Source of the DNA: an uncultured bacterium
GTDB lineage: Bacteria > Patescibacteriota > Minisyncoccia > Phycocordibacterales > CAIRYW01
DNA: 64,000 nt
NCBI GenBank assembly: GCA_903882905.1
Contig: CAIRYW010000004.1
Span: 49,117 to 113,116 of the forward strand
Reading direction: 5' to 3'
Shown here in pieces: positions 1 to 11,843 of this stretch. The notes under the pieces were generated by a model. It was not told where the DNA came from. It did no database searches and was given only the letters and a program-made list of their open reading frames with translations. The stretch's first letter is position 1. Every line of letters begins with the position of its first letter. A program made the position numbers and the translations under genes.

Positions 1-1020
1 ATTATTGGTGATAGACAAACCGGAAAGACAGCAATTGCAATTGACACAATCATTCACCAAGGAAAAGAAAAAAATATTCCTATTTGTATATATGTTGCAA
101 TCGGACAAAAAGAATCAAAAGTTGCGCAAATTGTAGAAAAGTTAAAAAAGATGGGAGCAATGGATTACACAATTGTAGTTTCTGCTAGTGCATCTGATCC
201 AGCCTCCCTACAATATCTTGCACCATTTACTGGTTGTGCAATCGCAGAATTTTTTATGGATCAAGGAAAAGATGCTCTTATTGTTTATGATGATTTATCA
301 AAACACGCATGGGCATACAGACAAATTTCCCTTTTGTTAAAGAGACCACCAGGACGTGAAGCTTATCCTGGAGACGTATTTTATTTGCATTCAAGACTTC
401 TTGAACGTGCAGGACGACTTTCAAAGGAATATGGTGGAGGATCAATTACAGCTCTTCCTGTTATTGAAACACAAGCTGGAGATATTTCTGCCTACATTCC
501 AACAAATGTAATCTCAATTACTGATGGACAAATTTTCTTGGAATCAGATCTTTTCAACTCAGGACTAAGACCTGCTATTAACGTTGGACTTTCTGTGTCT
601 CGTGTAGGTTCAAGTGCTCAAACAAAAGCCATGAAAAAAGTTGCTGGAAGAATGAAACTTGATCTTGCTCAATTCCGTTCACTTGCTGCTTTTGCACAAT
701 TTGGTTCAGACTTGGATCCTGCAACAAAGAAACAATTAGAACTTGGATCACGTCTTACAGAACTTTTGAAACAGCTTCAGTATGAAGACCAATCATTTAA
801 TGAAATTGCTGCAATTATTTTCGCCGCTGCAAATGGTCTCCTAAATGAAATTCCTGTTGCCGATATTAGAAAATATGAGAAGAAATTTTTAGCTTTTCTA
901 AAAGAAAGACATCCAAAAGTTCTTGAAACAATTTTTGAAACAGCAGATCTATCAGACGAGACCCAAGCAAAACTTCGAGAAATTGTTGCTGACTTTAACA
1001 CAAACTATTGGAATAAATAA
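1..1020 (+). CDS. atpA: F0F1 ATP synthase subunit alpha (5' truncated by window)
   Basis: Frame opens at base 1 with [10 protein letters not shown] (Walker A); [37 protein letters not shown]. Confidence 0.98.
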   Translation: MIGDRQTGKTAIAIDTIIHQGKEKNIPICIYVAIGQKESKVAQIVEKLKKMGAMDYTIVVSASASDPASLQYLAPFTGCAIAEFFMDQGKDALIVYDDLSKHAWAYRQISLLLKRPPGREAYPGDVFYLHSRLLERAGRLSKEYGGGSITALPVIETQAGDISAYIPTNVISITDGQIFLESDLFNSGLRPAINVGLSVSRVGSSAQTKAMKKVAGRMKLDLAQFRSLAAFAQFGSDLDPATKKQLELGSRLTELLKQLQYEDQSFNEIAAIIFAAANGLLNEIPVADIRKYEKKFLAFLKERHPKVLETIFETADLSDETQAKLREIVADFNTNYWNK

Positions 1021-1022
1021 TT

Positions 1023-1949
1023 ATGGCTACAGGCAGAGCAATCAAAAACCGAATACGCTCAACACAAAACATTAGGCAAATTACAAAGGCCATGGAGGCT
1101 GTTTCTGCTGTGAAAATGCGTAAAAGTGAAGCTTCGGCTATCAAAGGACGCCCTTTTGCCTTGTATGCACTTAGTATTTTGAAGCATATAGAGGAAAAAC
1201 TGGGAGAAATTCCAAGAAAATCTTCTTCGCTTTTTGACATAAGAGATGGTGGAAAAAATCTTTATGTAATTATTACATCAGATAAAGGCCTTGCTGGATC
1301 ATTTAATAGTAACGTCATTAGAAAATCTGAATCAATCTTAAAGGAACATTCTAATTCTGACATTATCGCAATTGGAAAAAGAGGCAGAGATTATTTCAAT
1401 AGAAAAGGTAGCAATGTTATTTTTAATTTTGAAGGTATTGGAGATTTTGCAGAACTTTTTGAAGTTGAGCCAATTTCCAAAAAAATCATTTCTCTTTTTG
1501 AAAATAAAACCTATGATAGAGTTTCAATTATTTATACAAATTTTCTTTCAGCCCTCAAACAAGAAGTTGTTGTCCGCCCACTACTTCCCTTACAAGCTGA
1601 TATTTTGAAAAAAGTTATTGAAAATATTATTCCAGAAACTGGTAAATTTTCTGAGCTTAGAAAAAGCACACTTGAAAATAGTCTTGACTATATATTTGAG
1701 CCAAACGCCGAAGAGCTCGTGAAAGAATTAGTTCCAACACTTGTTGAAATTGAGGTATTACATGCAGTTCTTGAAGCAAACGCTTCTGAGCATTCTTCTC
1801 GAATGATCGCTATGAAGAACGCATCAGAAAATGCTAAGGACATGATTGGTACACTGACAATTTTGTTTAACAAGACAAGACAGGCCCAAATTACCAAAGA
1901 ACTGATCGAAATTACTTCTGGTAAGGAGGCATTAGAAAATCAAAATTAA
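1023..1949 (+). CDS. atpG: ATP synthase subunit gamma
   Basis: QITKAMEAVS, DKGLAGSFN, ASEHSSRMIAMKNA, RQAQITKELIEI; between atpA and atpD. Confidence 0.98.
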   Translation: MATGRAIKNRIRSTQNIRQITKAMEAVSAVKMRKSEASAIKGRPFALYALSILKHIEEKLGEIPRKSSSLFDIRDGGKNLYVIITSDKGLAGSFNSNVIRKSESILKEHSNSDIIAIGKRGRDYFNRKGSNVIFNFEGIGDFAELFEVEPISKKIISLFENKTYDRVSIIYTNFLSALKQEVVVRPLLPLQADILKKVIENIIPETGKFSELRKSTLENSLDYIFEPNAEELVKELVPTLVEIEVLHAVLEANASEHSSRMIAMKNASENAKDMIGTLTILFNKTRQAQITKELIEITSGKEALENQN

Positions 1950-3340
<1,391 letters not shown>

Positions 3341-3341
<1 letters not shown>

Positions 3342-3562
3342 TGAAACTACAAATTTTTTCATTGCAAGGCACTGTATACGAAGGCGAAACAAGCCAAGTT
3401 ACTTTGCCTGCGAAAGATGGAGAAATTACAGTTCTAAAAGGACATATTCCTCTTATTACTCTTCTTAAGGAAGGTGAAATAAGAACCAAAGAAAAAAATA
3501 TTTCTATTAAAAAAGGTTTTGCTGAAATAAATGGCGAAAAAGTTGTAGTATTGGTTGATTAA
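3341..3562 (+). CDS. atpC: ATP synthase epsilon, N-terminal beta-sandwich only
   Basis: GEITVLKGHIPLITLL motif, follows atpD, only 73 aa. Confidence 0.92.
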
Positions 3563-3876
3563 GATTTTTTTTCTGGAGGTAACGAATCCTTGTGATAGGT
3601 TACTCCTTTTTCTTTGGCAATTTCCTGTAATCTTTGCTGTATAGCTTTATTTAACATTATTTCGTGTTCATTCCACCATTTTTTCATAAATTCTTCCTGC
3701 CACAATTCTCTTTCATTTGCTTTTTTAAACTCTCTCTTCATAACACCTAAAATAGTTTCAATTTCATGAACAGTTGCCCCGTTTCCCAACCCTTGTGCTC
3801 TTCTTTCTAATTCCTGCATTTTTACTTCAGTAGGTATTAGAAAATCATCGTGTGGTTTCTCTGGTGTAACTGACAT
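3559..3876 (-). CDS. hypothetical protein
   Basis: 105-aa ORF with ATG start, charged and helical. Confidence 0.6.
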   Translation of the reverse strand: MSVTPEKPHDDFLIPTEVKMQELERRAQGLGNGATVHEIETILGVMKREFKKANERELWQEEFMKKWWNEHEIMLNKAIQQRLQEIAKEKGVTYHKDSLPPEKKS

Positions 3877-3912
3877 ATTAGTTAATTAACTTTTATTCTA
3901 TTATATACACTT

Positions 3913-4140
3913 TTATTTCCCAACTATTTCCTCAGCAGTTCTTATTATATCCTCTTGCTCTAATGAGTTAAAACCAGGTCTAAATAACTTAACAATTTCA
4001 ATAATATTTTGTATTGTTTCCTGTTGTCTTGTCTGGATTTCAGCATTATTATCATGTGGCTTATCTAACTCAACCCAAGTATTTAATAATAATTGAAGAT
4101 TTTTTCTTATCTGTTCGAGAGAATTTTCTTGCTCAATCAT
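3913..4140 (-). CDS. hypothetical protein
   Basis: 75-aa ORF with ATG start. Confidence 0.55.
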   Translation of the reverse strand: MIEQENSLEQIRKNLQLLLNTWVELDKPHDNNAEIQTRQQETIQNIIEIVKLFRPGFNSLEQEDIIRTAEEIVGK

Positions 4141-4186
4141 AATTTTATTTTATCTTGTAATATTATAAATGCTTCCTGCCAACATT

Positions 4187-4507
4187 TTAGTTGATTAGTT
4201 TTTTCCAATCATAAGGAGCTCCATCAGATACCCAAACAAAATCGGTAGATTTTTCATCAACTTGTCTTATTTTACCGTCTACAAATAATCTGAGTTTTTG
4301 CTCATGCAATTTGTAATCTAAAATAAGATCTTCTCTCCAATTAAGATCCTCTCCAAATCCAAAAGCTGTCTTTACATTAGCTACCATACCAGCAAATACG
4401 TGATTTCTTCCACCTGAAAAATTCATCTCAGCATATCTTAATACCTCTGTGAGATCTCCTTTGTTAGGAACTCTCATCACTACATTATTTTTAAGTTGCT
4501 CTAACAT
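4187..4507 (-). CDS. hypothetical protein
   Basis: 106-aa ORF directly downstream of pyrH. Confidence 0.6.
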   Translation of the reverse strand: MLEQLKNNVVMRVPNKGDLTEVLRYAEMNFSGGRNHVFAGMVANVKTAFGFGEDLNWREDLILDYKLHEQKLRLFVDGKIRQVDEKSTDFVWVSDGAPYDWKKLIN

Positions 4508-4517
4508 TTTTTTACTC

Positions 4518-5216
4518 TTAGCTAATTAACGTTCCCTCAAAATTTTTATCGTATATAAAATTATTTAGTTGATCTAAATTTTCACCGCTGATTACAGCAA
4601 CTTGAATTTTGTTTTTTTGTGCTTCACGAGATGCAATTGGATCGAACGGTGAGTTAAGCCCTGGATCCCATTTTTTAGGAATAATTTTTCTGAATTCCTT
4701 CCATGAAATATTTAACATTGGTTTTGCATCAGCAAATTTCTTTGGATCCTTGTTACAAACGTAATCAATGTTTGAAAGATTTATAACCTTAGTTGCTTTG
4801 AATTTTTTTGCTAAAAGAACAGCGTCATAGTCTGTACTCCATCCAGGTTTCCACCCAGCAGCAATCAAAATTGGTTTTTTAAAAACTATTTTATCGTTAG
4901 GGTTGTGAACAACAACCTCTTCAACTTTTGGTAAAAAAATAGTCTTAATAAGTTGAGCATTAAGACGGGTTGCATGGATTCCAAGCCAATCAATATCCAT
5001 TGCTCTAAGTCCAGTAACTTTTTGACCAGAGTGTTGGTAATTTCTTGCTGTTCTACCTCCTCCACAAATTATGATAAATCTCTTGCCTAAAGCAACTTCT
5101 CTGTCAATAATGGCCTTAAAATTCCTAATAAAATCAGTGTCTATTTGCTCAGGCACTATAAGTGATCCGCCTACAGATATTACAATTGGAGTATTTTCCT
5201 TCTTTGATTTAGCCAT
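4518..5216 (-). CDS. pyrH: UMP kinase, archaeal-type
   Basis: ISVGGSL, GGGRTARNYQ, GWKPGWSTDYDAVLLA, PFDPIAS. Confidence 0.93.
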   Translation of the reverse strand: MAKSKKENTPIVISVGGSLIVPEQIDTDFIRNFKAIIDREVALGKRFIIICGGGRTARNYQHSGQKVTGLRAMDIDWLGIHATRLNAQLIKTIFLPKVEEVVVHNPNDKIVFKKPILIAAGWKPGWSTDYDAVLLAKKFKATKVINLSNIDYVCNKDPKKFADAKPMLNISWKEFRKIIPKKWDPGLNSPFDPIASREAQKNKIQVAVISGENLDQLNNFIYDKNFEGTLIS

Positions 5217-5389
5217 AATAAGCCTATTTTACCACAACAAGCGAGAGATGTGTAAAAGTTACACTTTTACAACATCCGAGCGCAGTTGTGATAAAAAATT
5301 AAATAATTTTAATTTTTTATCAGGATTTTTTGCTTAAGTCTATTCCGACAAATGAGAGACGACGCGAAAAGCGAGCAAAGCAAAGTTTT

Positions 5390-5989
5390 TCATGGCGTCC
5401 GAATGTAGGCGGAACAGAGTTTATTTATAATTTTATTTATTGAAACTGCTCCTTCCCTAACGATTTCAAAAGTTCTCGTATTGTTTACATATCTAACAAT
5501 TGTCGAGGAAACAGCACTTTTTCGTTTACCTGATACATAAAAGTCTAATTTACTACCAAAGTATTTTTTTGCTTCTGTAATATTTTTTGCAGGAATTTTG
5601 CCTTCAGGATTTGCACTTGGGGCTACCAATGGTCCTGTTTTTTTAAGAATATTCACAATAAATTTGTTTTTCGGCATTCTAAAACATAGACTATTTGTAC
5701 CTCTGTGAAGATATTCAAATTTTTTGTTTTTTACCTCAAAAATTATTGAAACTTTATCTGGCCAGATCTTGGTCAGTTCCTTTGTTGGAATATTCTTCAC
5801 ACCAAATTTTTTCAACTCGTTAATGTTTTGAATAAGAACAATTAGTGGTTTATTCTTATTCCTCAGTCGGACTTCATAAATCTTTTCAACAACTTTTTTT
5901 GAAAAGGCACTTCCAACAAGGCCTAAAATTGTGTCTGTAGGAATCACCCCAATTCCCTCTTTTTTAATTATTTCTGTTATCTCATTCAT
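5390..5989 (-). CDS. tsaC: threonylcarbamoyl-AMP synthase (YrdC/Sua5 family)
   Basis: PTDTILGL, RNKNKPL, APSANPEG, SSTIV. Confidence 0.92.
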   Translation of the reverse strand: MNEITEIIKKEGIGVIPTDTILGLVGSAFSKKVVEKIYEVRLRNKNKPLIVLIQNINELKKFGVKNIPTKELTKIWPDKVSIIFEVKNKKFEYLHRGTNSLCFRMPKNKFIVNILKKTGPLVAPSANPEGKIPAKNITEAKKYFGSKLDFYVSGKRKSAVSSTIVRYVNNTRTFEIVREGAVSINKIINKLCSAYIRTP

Positions 5990-8049
5990 TAAATGAGTAT
6001 GATACTAAATAATCCAATTCCAGCAAGGATTGACCCTAAAATCATTAACGTGTTGTGGGTATTAAAACTAAATCCGGAACCTGACACTCCTGCAAGCTGG
6101 TCTGGATTCACATTTTGATTAGTCTGTGTTGTCGATGATATTGCTGGTAAATTATTTCCAATTATTCTTTTTACTTCTAAAGTTTTTGAACTTGAAACAG
6201 AGTCAGTCGTAGTTGATGTAGTAGTTGCTTGCCCTGTCAAATCTTCCGCAGGGAGATTTGTTAGGGTCGCAAAAACTAGAGTAGTACTCGCGTTAGTGGA
6301 CAGTAAACTACCTCCAGATAATTCTGCCTGTTTTGGCACATTGTGAAGAATTTCTGACCATGTTTCGAGCATAGTTGCAGGAATTGCCCATTCTGTTGCC
6401 CAGACTCTTGTATCTAAGGCATCAGTTGTTGTACCAATGCTCCCATCTACCATTTGATTTGTTGCTAAGTAGTCAAATGGATTGTTCCCGTTATTCATTA
6501 ATTGTTTTGGGTCAGAATTTCCAGCTATTAAACCTTGAATTGCCCAACTAGTTGAGTCTGGGTTGCCAAATCCTCCGTCACTACTTTGTGCTGATTTCAA
6601 AAAATTAAGTCCTCTGGTTATAGCAGAACTAGATCCTGGAACATTTGGGACAAGTGATAGTGCTTGAATTGCTGCACCTGTCAGATCAATGCTATCCCAT
6701 TCTCCGCTTGATGATTGTTTAGAAATTATAAACTGTGCTGATTTTTGAATTATATTGTCAGATGAACTATAACCAGAGCTTAATAAAGTAACAATTCCAA
6801 ATATATCATCATTAAACTGCGATTGATTTCCTATTTGGTCTCCGTCAAATGAATCTGTAATTTTTTTAATGTAATTTTCATTTCCATCTGTGTGAGGATT
6901 TAATCCAAGGGCGAGCATAGCCATTGCCCTTCTTTCATAGTCAGTGGTAGCTGTTCCGTCTAGTGAATCAGATTTGATATATTGTTTCAGTTTCTCTTTT
7001 GTATTTACATGTCCCGAAGATGCTCCATACGCTATTGCTGCCCAGTCAGTGTACAAATCACTTCCAAAGCCTCCGTCACTATTCTGGTGTGAATCCAAAA
7101 ACGAAAGCATTGATTCTAAATTTGGAGTTTGATGTGTTTGAGCGGATCCTCCACCCGAACTGCCTGTTTGATTACTTGGTGTAGAAGTTGCCGTTGTTGT
7201 TCCATCTATTATTTCAAAAGGATAGGTTGGGTAGTAATAATCTTCCTCTAAACCAAAATTATATGTACCTGTAGCAGATAAATCGAAAATAGAATTTCCT
7301 GTGCTATCTGATGTTGATGTAGCGATCACTATTGGTGACCATGGATTATTTGGATCAGGTTGCGTAGCTCCTACTACAACATTTGATAGCGGACTCCATA
7401 AATTATTTTGATAGTCGTAGCTTACCGCACTAATTGTAAAAGGAACACTAGAATTTCCTGGTTCATTAGGAGTAATTAGTTTTCGTGGTTGACCAAAATA
7501 TAGAGTTAAACTATCGCCTGTGTGTAAAATTTTTTGATCAATTGCATCCCATGGAGATTCTCCATTTACAACATAATTCCACGTACAAGAGTTTGTTGTA
7601 GTTCCAGTTGTGATATTTATACAATTAACAAAATAACCATTTGAATAGTGTTTTAGATCAGAAATATTAAAATTATCGCTTTGGGCATCAACTCCTTCCA
7701 ATACAGCAAGTGCACTTTGTGCAGAAATTTGCCCTGTAACACCCAAATCATCAGTGACTGATATTTGTGCGTTAGAATCGGTCGTAACATCTACGGGTCC
7801 ATTAAAAAGAATTTGGTCATTATATCTAATGAAAACATTTACGGTTAATGTTGAAGTTGAGGTACTGTTTGTTGGACTTGTTGTGGTTGCAGTTGAGGAG
7901 GAATTTTGATCAGGTGCAGTTGTTGTAGCTTGAGTTGAAGTTGAACTTGCATCGGTTGATGAAGCGTCATCTGCAGATACTTTTAAAATTGGTAAAAGTA
8001 AAAAAGCAAAAGCGACAACTAATAAATATTTTTTAATAATTTTTCTCAT
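5989..8049 (-). CDS. secreted, membrane-anchored protein with DUF4430-like beta domain and prenyltransferase/squalene-oxidase alpha-barrel repeats; putative cobalamin-binding protein
   Basis: Signal peptide; YFVNCIN...WNYVVNG...GDSLTLYF; repeats QNSDGGFG, QSSSGEW, QSSDGGFG; C-terminal TM; downstream of B12 riboswitch. Confidence 0.75.
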   Translation of the reverse strand: MRKIIKKYLLVVAFAFLLLPILKVSADDASSTDASSTSTQATTTAPDQNSSSTATTTSPTNSTSTSTLTVNVFIRYNDQILFNGPVDVTTDSNAQISVTDDLGVTGQISAQSALAVLEGVDAQSDNFNISDLKHYSNGYFVNCINITTGTTTNSCTWNYVVNGESPWDAIDQKILHTGDSLTLYFGQPRKLITPNEPGNSSVPFTISAVSYDYQNNLWSPLSNVVVGATQPDPNNPWSPIVIATSTSDSTGNSIFDLSATGTYNFGLEEDYYYPTYPFEIIDGTTTATSTPSNQTGSSGGGSAQTHQTPNLESMLSFLDSHQNSDGGFGSDLYTDWAAIAYGASSGHVNTKEKLKQYIKSDSLDGTATTDYERRAMAMLALGLNPHTDGNENYIKKITDSFDGDQIGNQSQFNDDIFGIVTLLSSGYSSSDNIIQKSAQFIISKQSSSGEWDSIDLTGAAIQALSLVPNVPGSSSAITRGLNFLKSAQSSDGGFGNPDSTSWAIQGLIAGNSDPKQLMNNGNNPFDYLATNQMVDGSIGTTTDALDTRVWATEWAIPATMLETWSEILHNVPKQAELSGGSLLSTNASTTLVFATLTNLPAEDLTGQATTTSTTTDSVSSSKTLEVKRIIGNNLPAISSTTQTNQNVNPDQLAGVSGSGFSFNTHNTLMILGSILAGIGLFSIILI

Positions 8050-8530
8050 AAACCCAATTTATTAAATCCCCATTCTGTAATTTACATGAAGAGACACCGA
8101 CAGTTGCCTTTTTTCCATTTATATAATAAATCCACGAATATCCATTTCCTTCTTTTAATCCATTGATTTCATCCACAAAAAAACCTAGGCCAGAAAAATT
8201 TTCACCTTTAATATCCACTATTTTTTTTAGAACAGCATCTTCTATAACTTTTTCCAAAGTATCACCAGGAGCAAAATTAAGGCTAATTGTTTTTCCGCTT
8301 ACTAAAAAATTTATTGAAGTCTGGCTTGGAGTTTGTTTAGTACTTGTCGCTAGATAAATTTCATTAATACTACTCGTTCCTACTTGAGTAGTATTCTCGA
8401 TAGGTGAAGTAATTATTGGTGCTACAGTTTTTAGGCTTGTATAAAAAAAACCGAAACATAGGAAAATAATCCCTAGTACCAGACATATAAAACCCAATAT
8501 TTTCTTTTTGTTTATTTTTTTACAATTCAT
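8033..8530 (-). CDS. DUF4430 (transcobalamin beta-domain-like) membrane-anchored protein
   Basis: N-terminal TM; GFFVDEING...WIYYINGKKATVGVS...GDLINWVY; likely ATG at 8530. Confidence 0.85.
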   Translation of the reverse strand: MNCKKINKKKILGFICLVLGIIFLCFGFFYTSLKTVAPIITSPIENTTQVGTSSINEIYLATSTKQTPSQTSINFLVSGKTISLNFAPGDTLEKVIEDAVLKKIVDIKGENFSGLGFFVDEINGLKEGNGYSWIYYINGKKATVGVSSCKLQNGDLINWVYEKNY

Positions 8531-8533
8531 AAC

Positions 8534-8563
8534 GAAAAAACTGCTCACCAGAGCAGTTTTTTC
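8534..8563 (-). terminator. intrinsic terminator of the riboswitch expression platform
   Basis: Perfect hairpin GAAAAAACTGCTC-TGGT-GAGCAGTTTTTTC; an upstream GAGCAG (8593-8588) can pair with its 5' arm as an antiterminator. Confidence 0.8.
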
Positions 8564-8605
8564 AAATAAAATTTAATTTGGAATTTCCTGCTCGGGTTTG
8601 ATATA

Positions 8606-8700
8606 AAATTTCCTAAAGATCGGACTACTTAAGAAAAACTTAAGATTACCGTTGCGGCACAGCGCTGGAATTTAACCAGACTTCCATAGAAAAAATTTCT
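8606..8700 (-). promoter_or_regulatory. cobalamin riboswitch (short, Cbl-II-like)
   Basis: Minus strand GGAAGTCTGGTTAAATTCCAGCGCTGTGCCGCAACGGTAA, short hairpin CTTAAG-TTTTT-CTTAAG, then B12-box-like AGTCCGA; context nrdJ, ECF S component and DUF4430. Confidence 0.88.
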
Positions 8701-8721
8701 TAATTTAAATGAACTCAAAAA

Positions 8722-9264
8722 TTATACTCTTACTTTCGCTTCTTGCAAATTTCCATCAAATTCCAAAACATTAACCTCAGACTTGGCAAGAATCTTGGTC
8801 AAAAACGGTGACACCGTTAGGGCAAAAATGGCTCCTCCCATCAGATGCAGTGCTGTAAAAGGAATTTGTCCCATGAGAGCAATATAGAATGAACCACCTC
8901 CAATCAAGGGACCTAAAACAACTCCTGTTGCCACATCATAGAAAATGATTCCAATACTTGAGCATAATACGTAGTTTGTTAATGAGAATTTTTTATTTGT
9001 GAAGTAAATACCTGACCAAATACCTAGTATTCCATAGCAAATTCCGGCTGTCAGCGTATACATTCCAATTCCGGCTGTAAAGAAGTCATATATTAGAATA
9101 CTTAGGAATGCAAAACCAAAAAGTTCTAACTTCCCTGCTTTTTTAGAAAAAGGCATCATTACCGACATTAAGGGCTCTACGTTTGGTGGGCGAAAAGGAA
9201 TAAATCTATAGAGCATAGCTCCAATAAATCCAAGCACCATTAAAATTCTTTGATTTGTCTTCAT
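8722..9264 (-). CDS. ECF transporter S component, CbrT-like (cobalamin)
   Basis: About 6 TM helices, RPPNVEP motif, ...GQIPFTALH; between nrdJ and the B12 riboswitch. Confidence 0.72.
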   Translation of the reverse strand: MKTNQRILMVLGFIGAMLYRFIPFRPPNVEPLMSVMMPFSKKAGKLELFGFAFLSILIYDFFTAGIGMYTLTAGICYGILGIWSGIYFTNKKFSLTNYVLCSSIGIIFYDVATGVVLGPLIGGGSFYIALMGQIPFTALHLMGGAIFALTVSPFLTKILAKSEVNVLEFDGNLQEAKVRV

Positions 9265-9287
9265 TTTGTAGGAAGAATATTTTGCCT

Positions 9288-11639
9288 TTATTTTACAATC
9301 GAGGGAACTTCATCAATTTCACAAACTCCAGACACACATGCCAATTCTCTTTTTGCTTCAGTTTCATCCTTCTTCTCATAAATCATAATCTTTGAGTAAT
9401 CAATATGAGCTAGTTTTTTTGAAAGCTCTAAATATTTTTTCTCGTCAATTTTTTCATAGGGCGCTAATTGATAGACATGGTTTTCTCTTGGTAAGAATGA
9501 TAGACCTCCAACAATATCCCAATTTTCATAAATCCAGTTGGCTACCTCAATCCATTCATTTTCACCAATGGAAATTGTTACTGATGGATTGTGTTCTGTA
9601 TATTTTTCCTTAACTACTTTCCAATGCCTAAGTTGATCAAGAGCAGTTAGATCATCTTTAAATATTGATCCCGCTGGAGCTTTCACTGGAAATTCTAGGA
9701 CGTATGTTGTCGCATTGTCTTGAGTCTGTCCAACTTCTGGAAAATATGGAACTCCTTGATCTTTTAACATTTTGAAAAGTGAATCTGTTGCAGCAATTCT
9801 GATTCTTCGAATATAGTATTTTGAATAACGAGGATGCATTCCTGAAGAAAAATCAAAAGTTTGAGATGAGTTTCCATCTGGCTTCACGCAAGTAATTGCT
9901 GTTGATTCATTAACTCCAAATCTTTTTGCGTAAATTTTATTTATTTTGATAGTTTCTTTTTTCAAAAGTTCAAGAATTTCTGGTTTTCTAACAATATCAT
10001 TATCCCATTGTCCTGCGAGTCCTATTCCAAGCAGTCTTTCTCTTTCACAATGCTCCTTCCAACCTTTTGATAGGTATGGAAAATTTGTAAGAGTTGATTG
10101 ATATGTTCCAATAATTGTTGCAACTCTAATTTTTTTGAGTAGAGATTCTTTTGTATCATTTGCTCGTGCAACAACGTTTGTAAGATTACAAAACTGTTTT
10201 GATTGCAAAATAATTTCTCCACAAGGATTTGTTCCGATTGAACCGATAATAGTTGTGCCTGTGGCATCAAAATATCCTTCAGTTTCTCTTAGGACTCTAA
10301 CTCTTCTTTCAGGTAATGTTTTTGCAAGTGATCCTCTATTGAAGATTCCTCTTTCTCCTGTACCAGATTTCATAAGAGCAATCCATTCATCCATAAATTC
10401 AGCAGCTGTTGGCTTTTGAATATAAACTGCAGAGTTGTTTGAGAGCATTCTTTGTGGTTCTGTATTGTAAAATGCACCCTTTTTTGCGTCTCTAATGTCA
10501 TTATCGTCCAAATCTGAGAGCGAAATAAGGGCACTTCTTCTAACCCCTCCAGAAACTACACACTCGCCAATCATACAAATGATGTCATGAACATCTATAT
10601 TTCGAAGTCTTTTTCCTTGGCGAGCAATCATTTTTTCTCGAGTAAAGGCCAAAAGCTTTCTTATTGGATCAGGACCTGATGATTTTCCTCCCATAGTTTT
10701 TAGTCTTGCTCCTGCTGGGCGCAATTGTGAAAAATCGAAATCAACATCCTTACCACTTGCCCAAACATTCATTCCAAAAGTTAATGCATCTGCCCAGCCT
10801 TCTTTACTGTCAGGAATTACATGTGTTGGAATTTTAGCCCCTGTTTGTTGAAAAATTTGTGGAAATTTTTGTACGTTTTGACTCTCAACAGAAAATCCTG
10901 CACCAGTTCCACACATTAGTATGTACATAATTTCTGCTAGATCTTGAAAACATTCTGGTGCAACAAACGAACAGTTGTATGCACAGACATTTGTTTTACC
11001 TGCAGCAGTTCCAGCAAATTGCAAAAGTCTCATTGATGGAAGTGCATCTTGTTTCAAAATTGTTTCTCTAACATCTGCGTACTCACTTTCTTTTAATTTT
11101 TTTCCAAGATTTTCTTTCATGAATGCCATGTAGCGATCTACAGTTTCAATCCAAGTTTCTCTTCTCTGTTCTGCATCAATCCATTTAGAATAAGTTCGGT
11201 AGTACATAAATTCTCCAAGTTCAGTACGAAAATATTTTTTACTATTAGCAACAAGTTTTTTTACCTTGTCAGGAATTTGCATTCCTCTTTCTCGAAGCTT
11301 TGATCGCTTATCTCGATAAAGAATATATGCCTTCGATGTCTTTACATATTCACCAAGAATAAGTTCCTTCTCAACACTATCTTGGATTCCTTCAACTGTT
11401 GGGACAAAGTTTGTATATTTTTTAGAAATTCTGACAATATCTGCAAAAACCTTATTTGCCACCATTTCTGCTTCCTTAAGTGAGCCTTCACCAGATGCAA
11501 TCATTGCTTTGTACACAGCTGTAACAATTTTTTGAAAATCAAAAGGTACAGTTGAGCCATCTCTCTTTTGAACTTTTGGCGAAAAAACTTTTTCTTCGAC
11601 TTTTTTTGCGGCGATCTTTTTACTTTTTGAGGAACCCAT
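9288..11639 (-). CDS. nrdJ: class II (adenosylcobalamin-dependent) ribonucleotide reductase with N-terminal ATP cone
   Basis: KVQKRDG...FDFQKI ATP cone; AYNCSF, GGVRRSA, TNPCGEI, CVKPDG, C-terminal ACVSGVCEI; no nrdB/F nearby. Confidence 0.93.
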   Translation of the reverse strand: MGSSKSKKIAAKKVEEKVFSPKVQKRDGSTVPFDFQKIVTAVYKAMIASGEGSLKEAEMVANKVFADIVRISKKYTNFVPTVEGIQDSVEKELILGEYVKTSKAYILYRDKRSKLRERGMQIPDKVKKLVANSKKYFRTELGEFMYYRTYSKWIDAEQRRETWIETVDRYMAFMKENLGKKLKESEYADVRETILKQDALPSMRLLQFAGTAAGKTNVCAYNCSFVAPECFQDLAEIMYILMCGTGAGFSVESQNVQKFPQIFQQTGAKIPTHVIPDSKEGWADALTFGMNVWASGKDVDFDFSQLRPAGARLKTMGGKSSGPDPIRKLLAFTREKMIARQGKRLRNIDVHDIICMIGECVVSGGVRRSALISLSDLDDNDIRDAKKGAFYNTEPQRMLSNNSAVYIQKPTAAEFMDEWIALMKSGTGERGIFNRGSLAKTLPERRVRVLRETEGYFDATGTTIIGSIGTNPCGEIILQSKQFCNLTNVVARANDTKESLLKKIRVATIIGTYQSTLTNFPYLSKGWKEHCERERLLGIGLAGQWDNDIVRKPEILELLKKETIKINKIYAKRFGVNESTAITCVKPDGNSSQTFDFSSGMHPRYSKYYIRRIRIAATDSLFKMLKDQGVPYFPEVGQTQDNATTYVLEFPVKAPAGSIFKDDLTALDQLRHWKVVKEKYTEHNPSVTISIGENEWIEVANWIYENWDIVGGLSFLPRENHVYQLAPYEKIDEKKYLELSKKLAHIDYSKIMIYEKKDETEAKRELACVSGVCEIDEVPSIVK

Positions 11640-11843
11640 ATTTATAATGTGAAGGCATTAACTATTAAATTTTTATCTCAGTAATTTTAGCAAAAAATGG
11701 ACTAAAAAAAGTGTGTATAAAGCACTTCAAAATGAAAATTGGTGACTGTGAATGTCCCTCTTTTAAAGCCCTTGTGGTCAAAAGGTTTTTTAGTCCTAAT
11801 TTTGAGAAAAAAAGTTACTTAGTGTAGCTTTTGTTTCAAAAGA

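Noticed and set aside
5241-5420. Hairpin and GC-richer patch between pyrH and tsaC as an RNA gene
   Set aside because: One hairpin (GATGTGTAAAAG...CTTTTACAACATC) with no second copy or recognisable family in the window; insufficient support.
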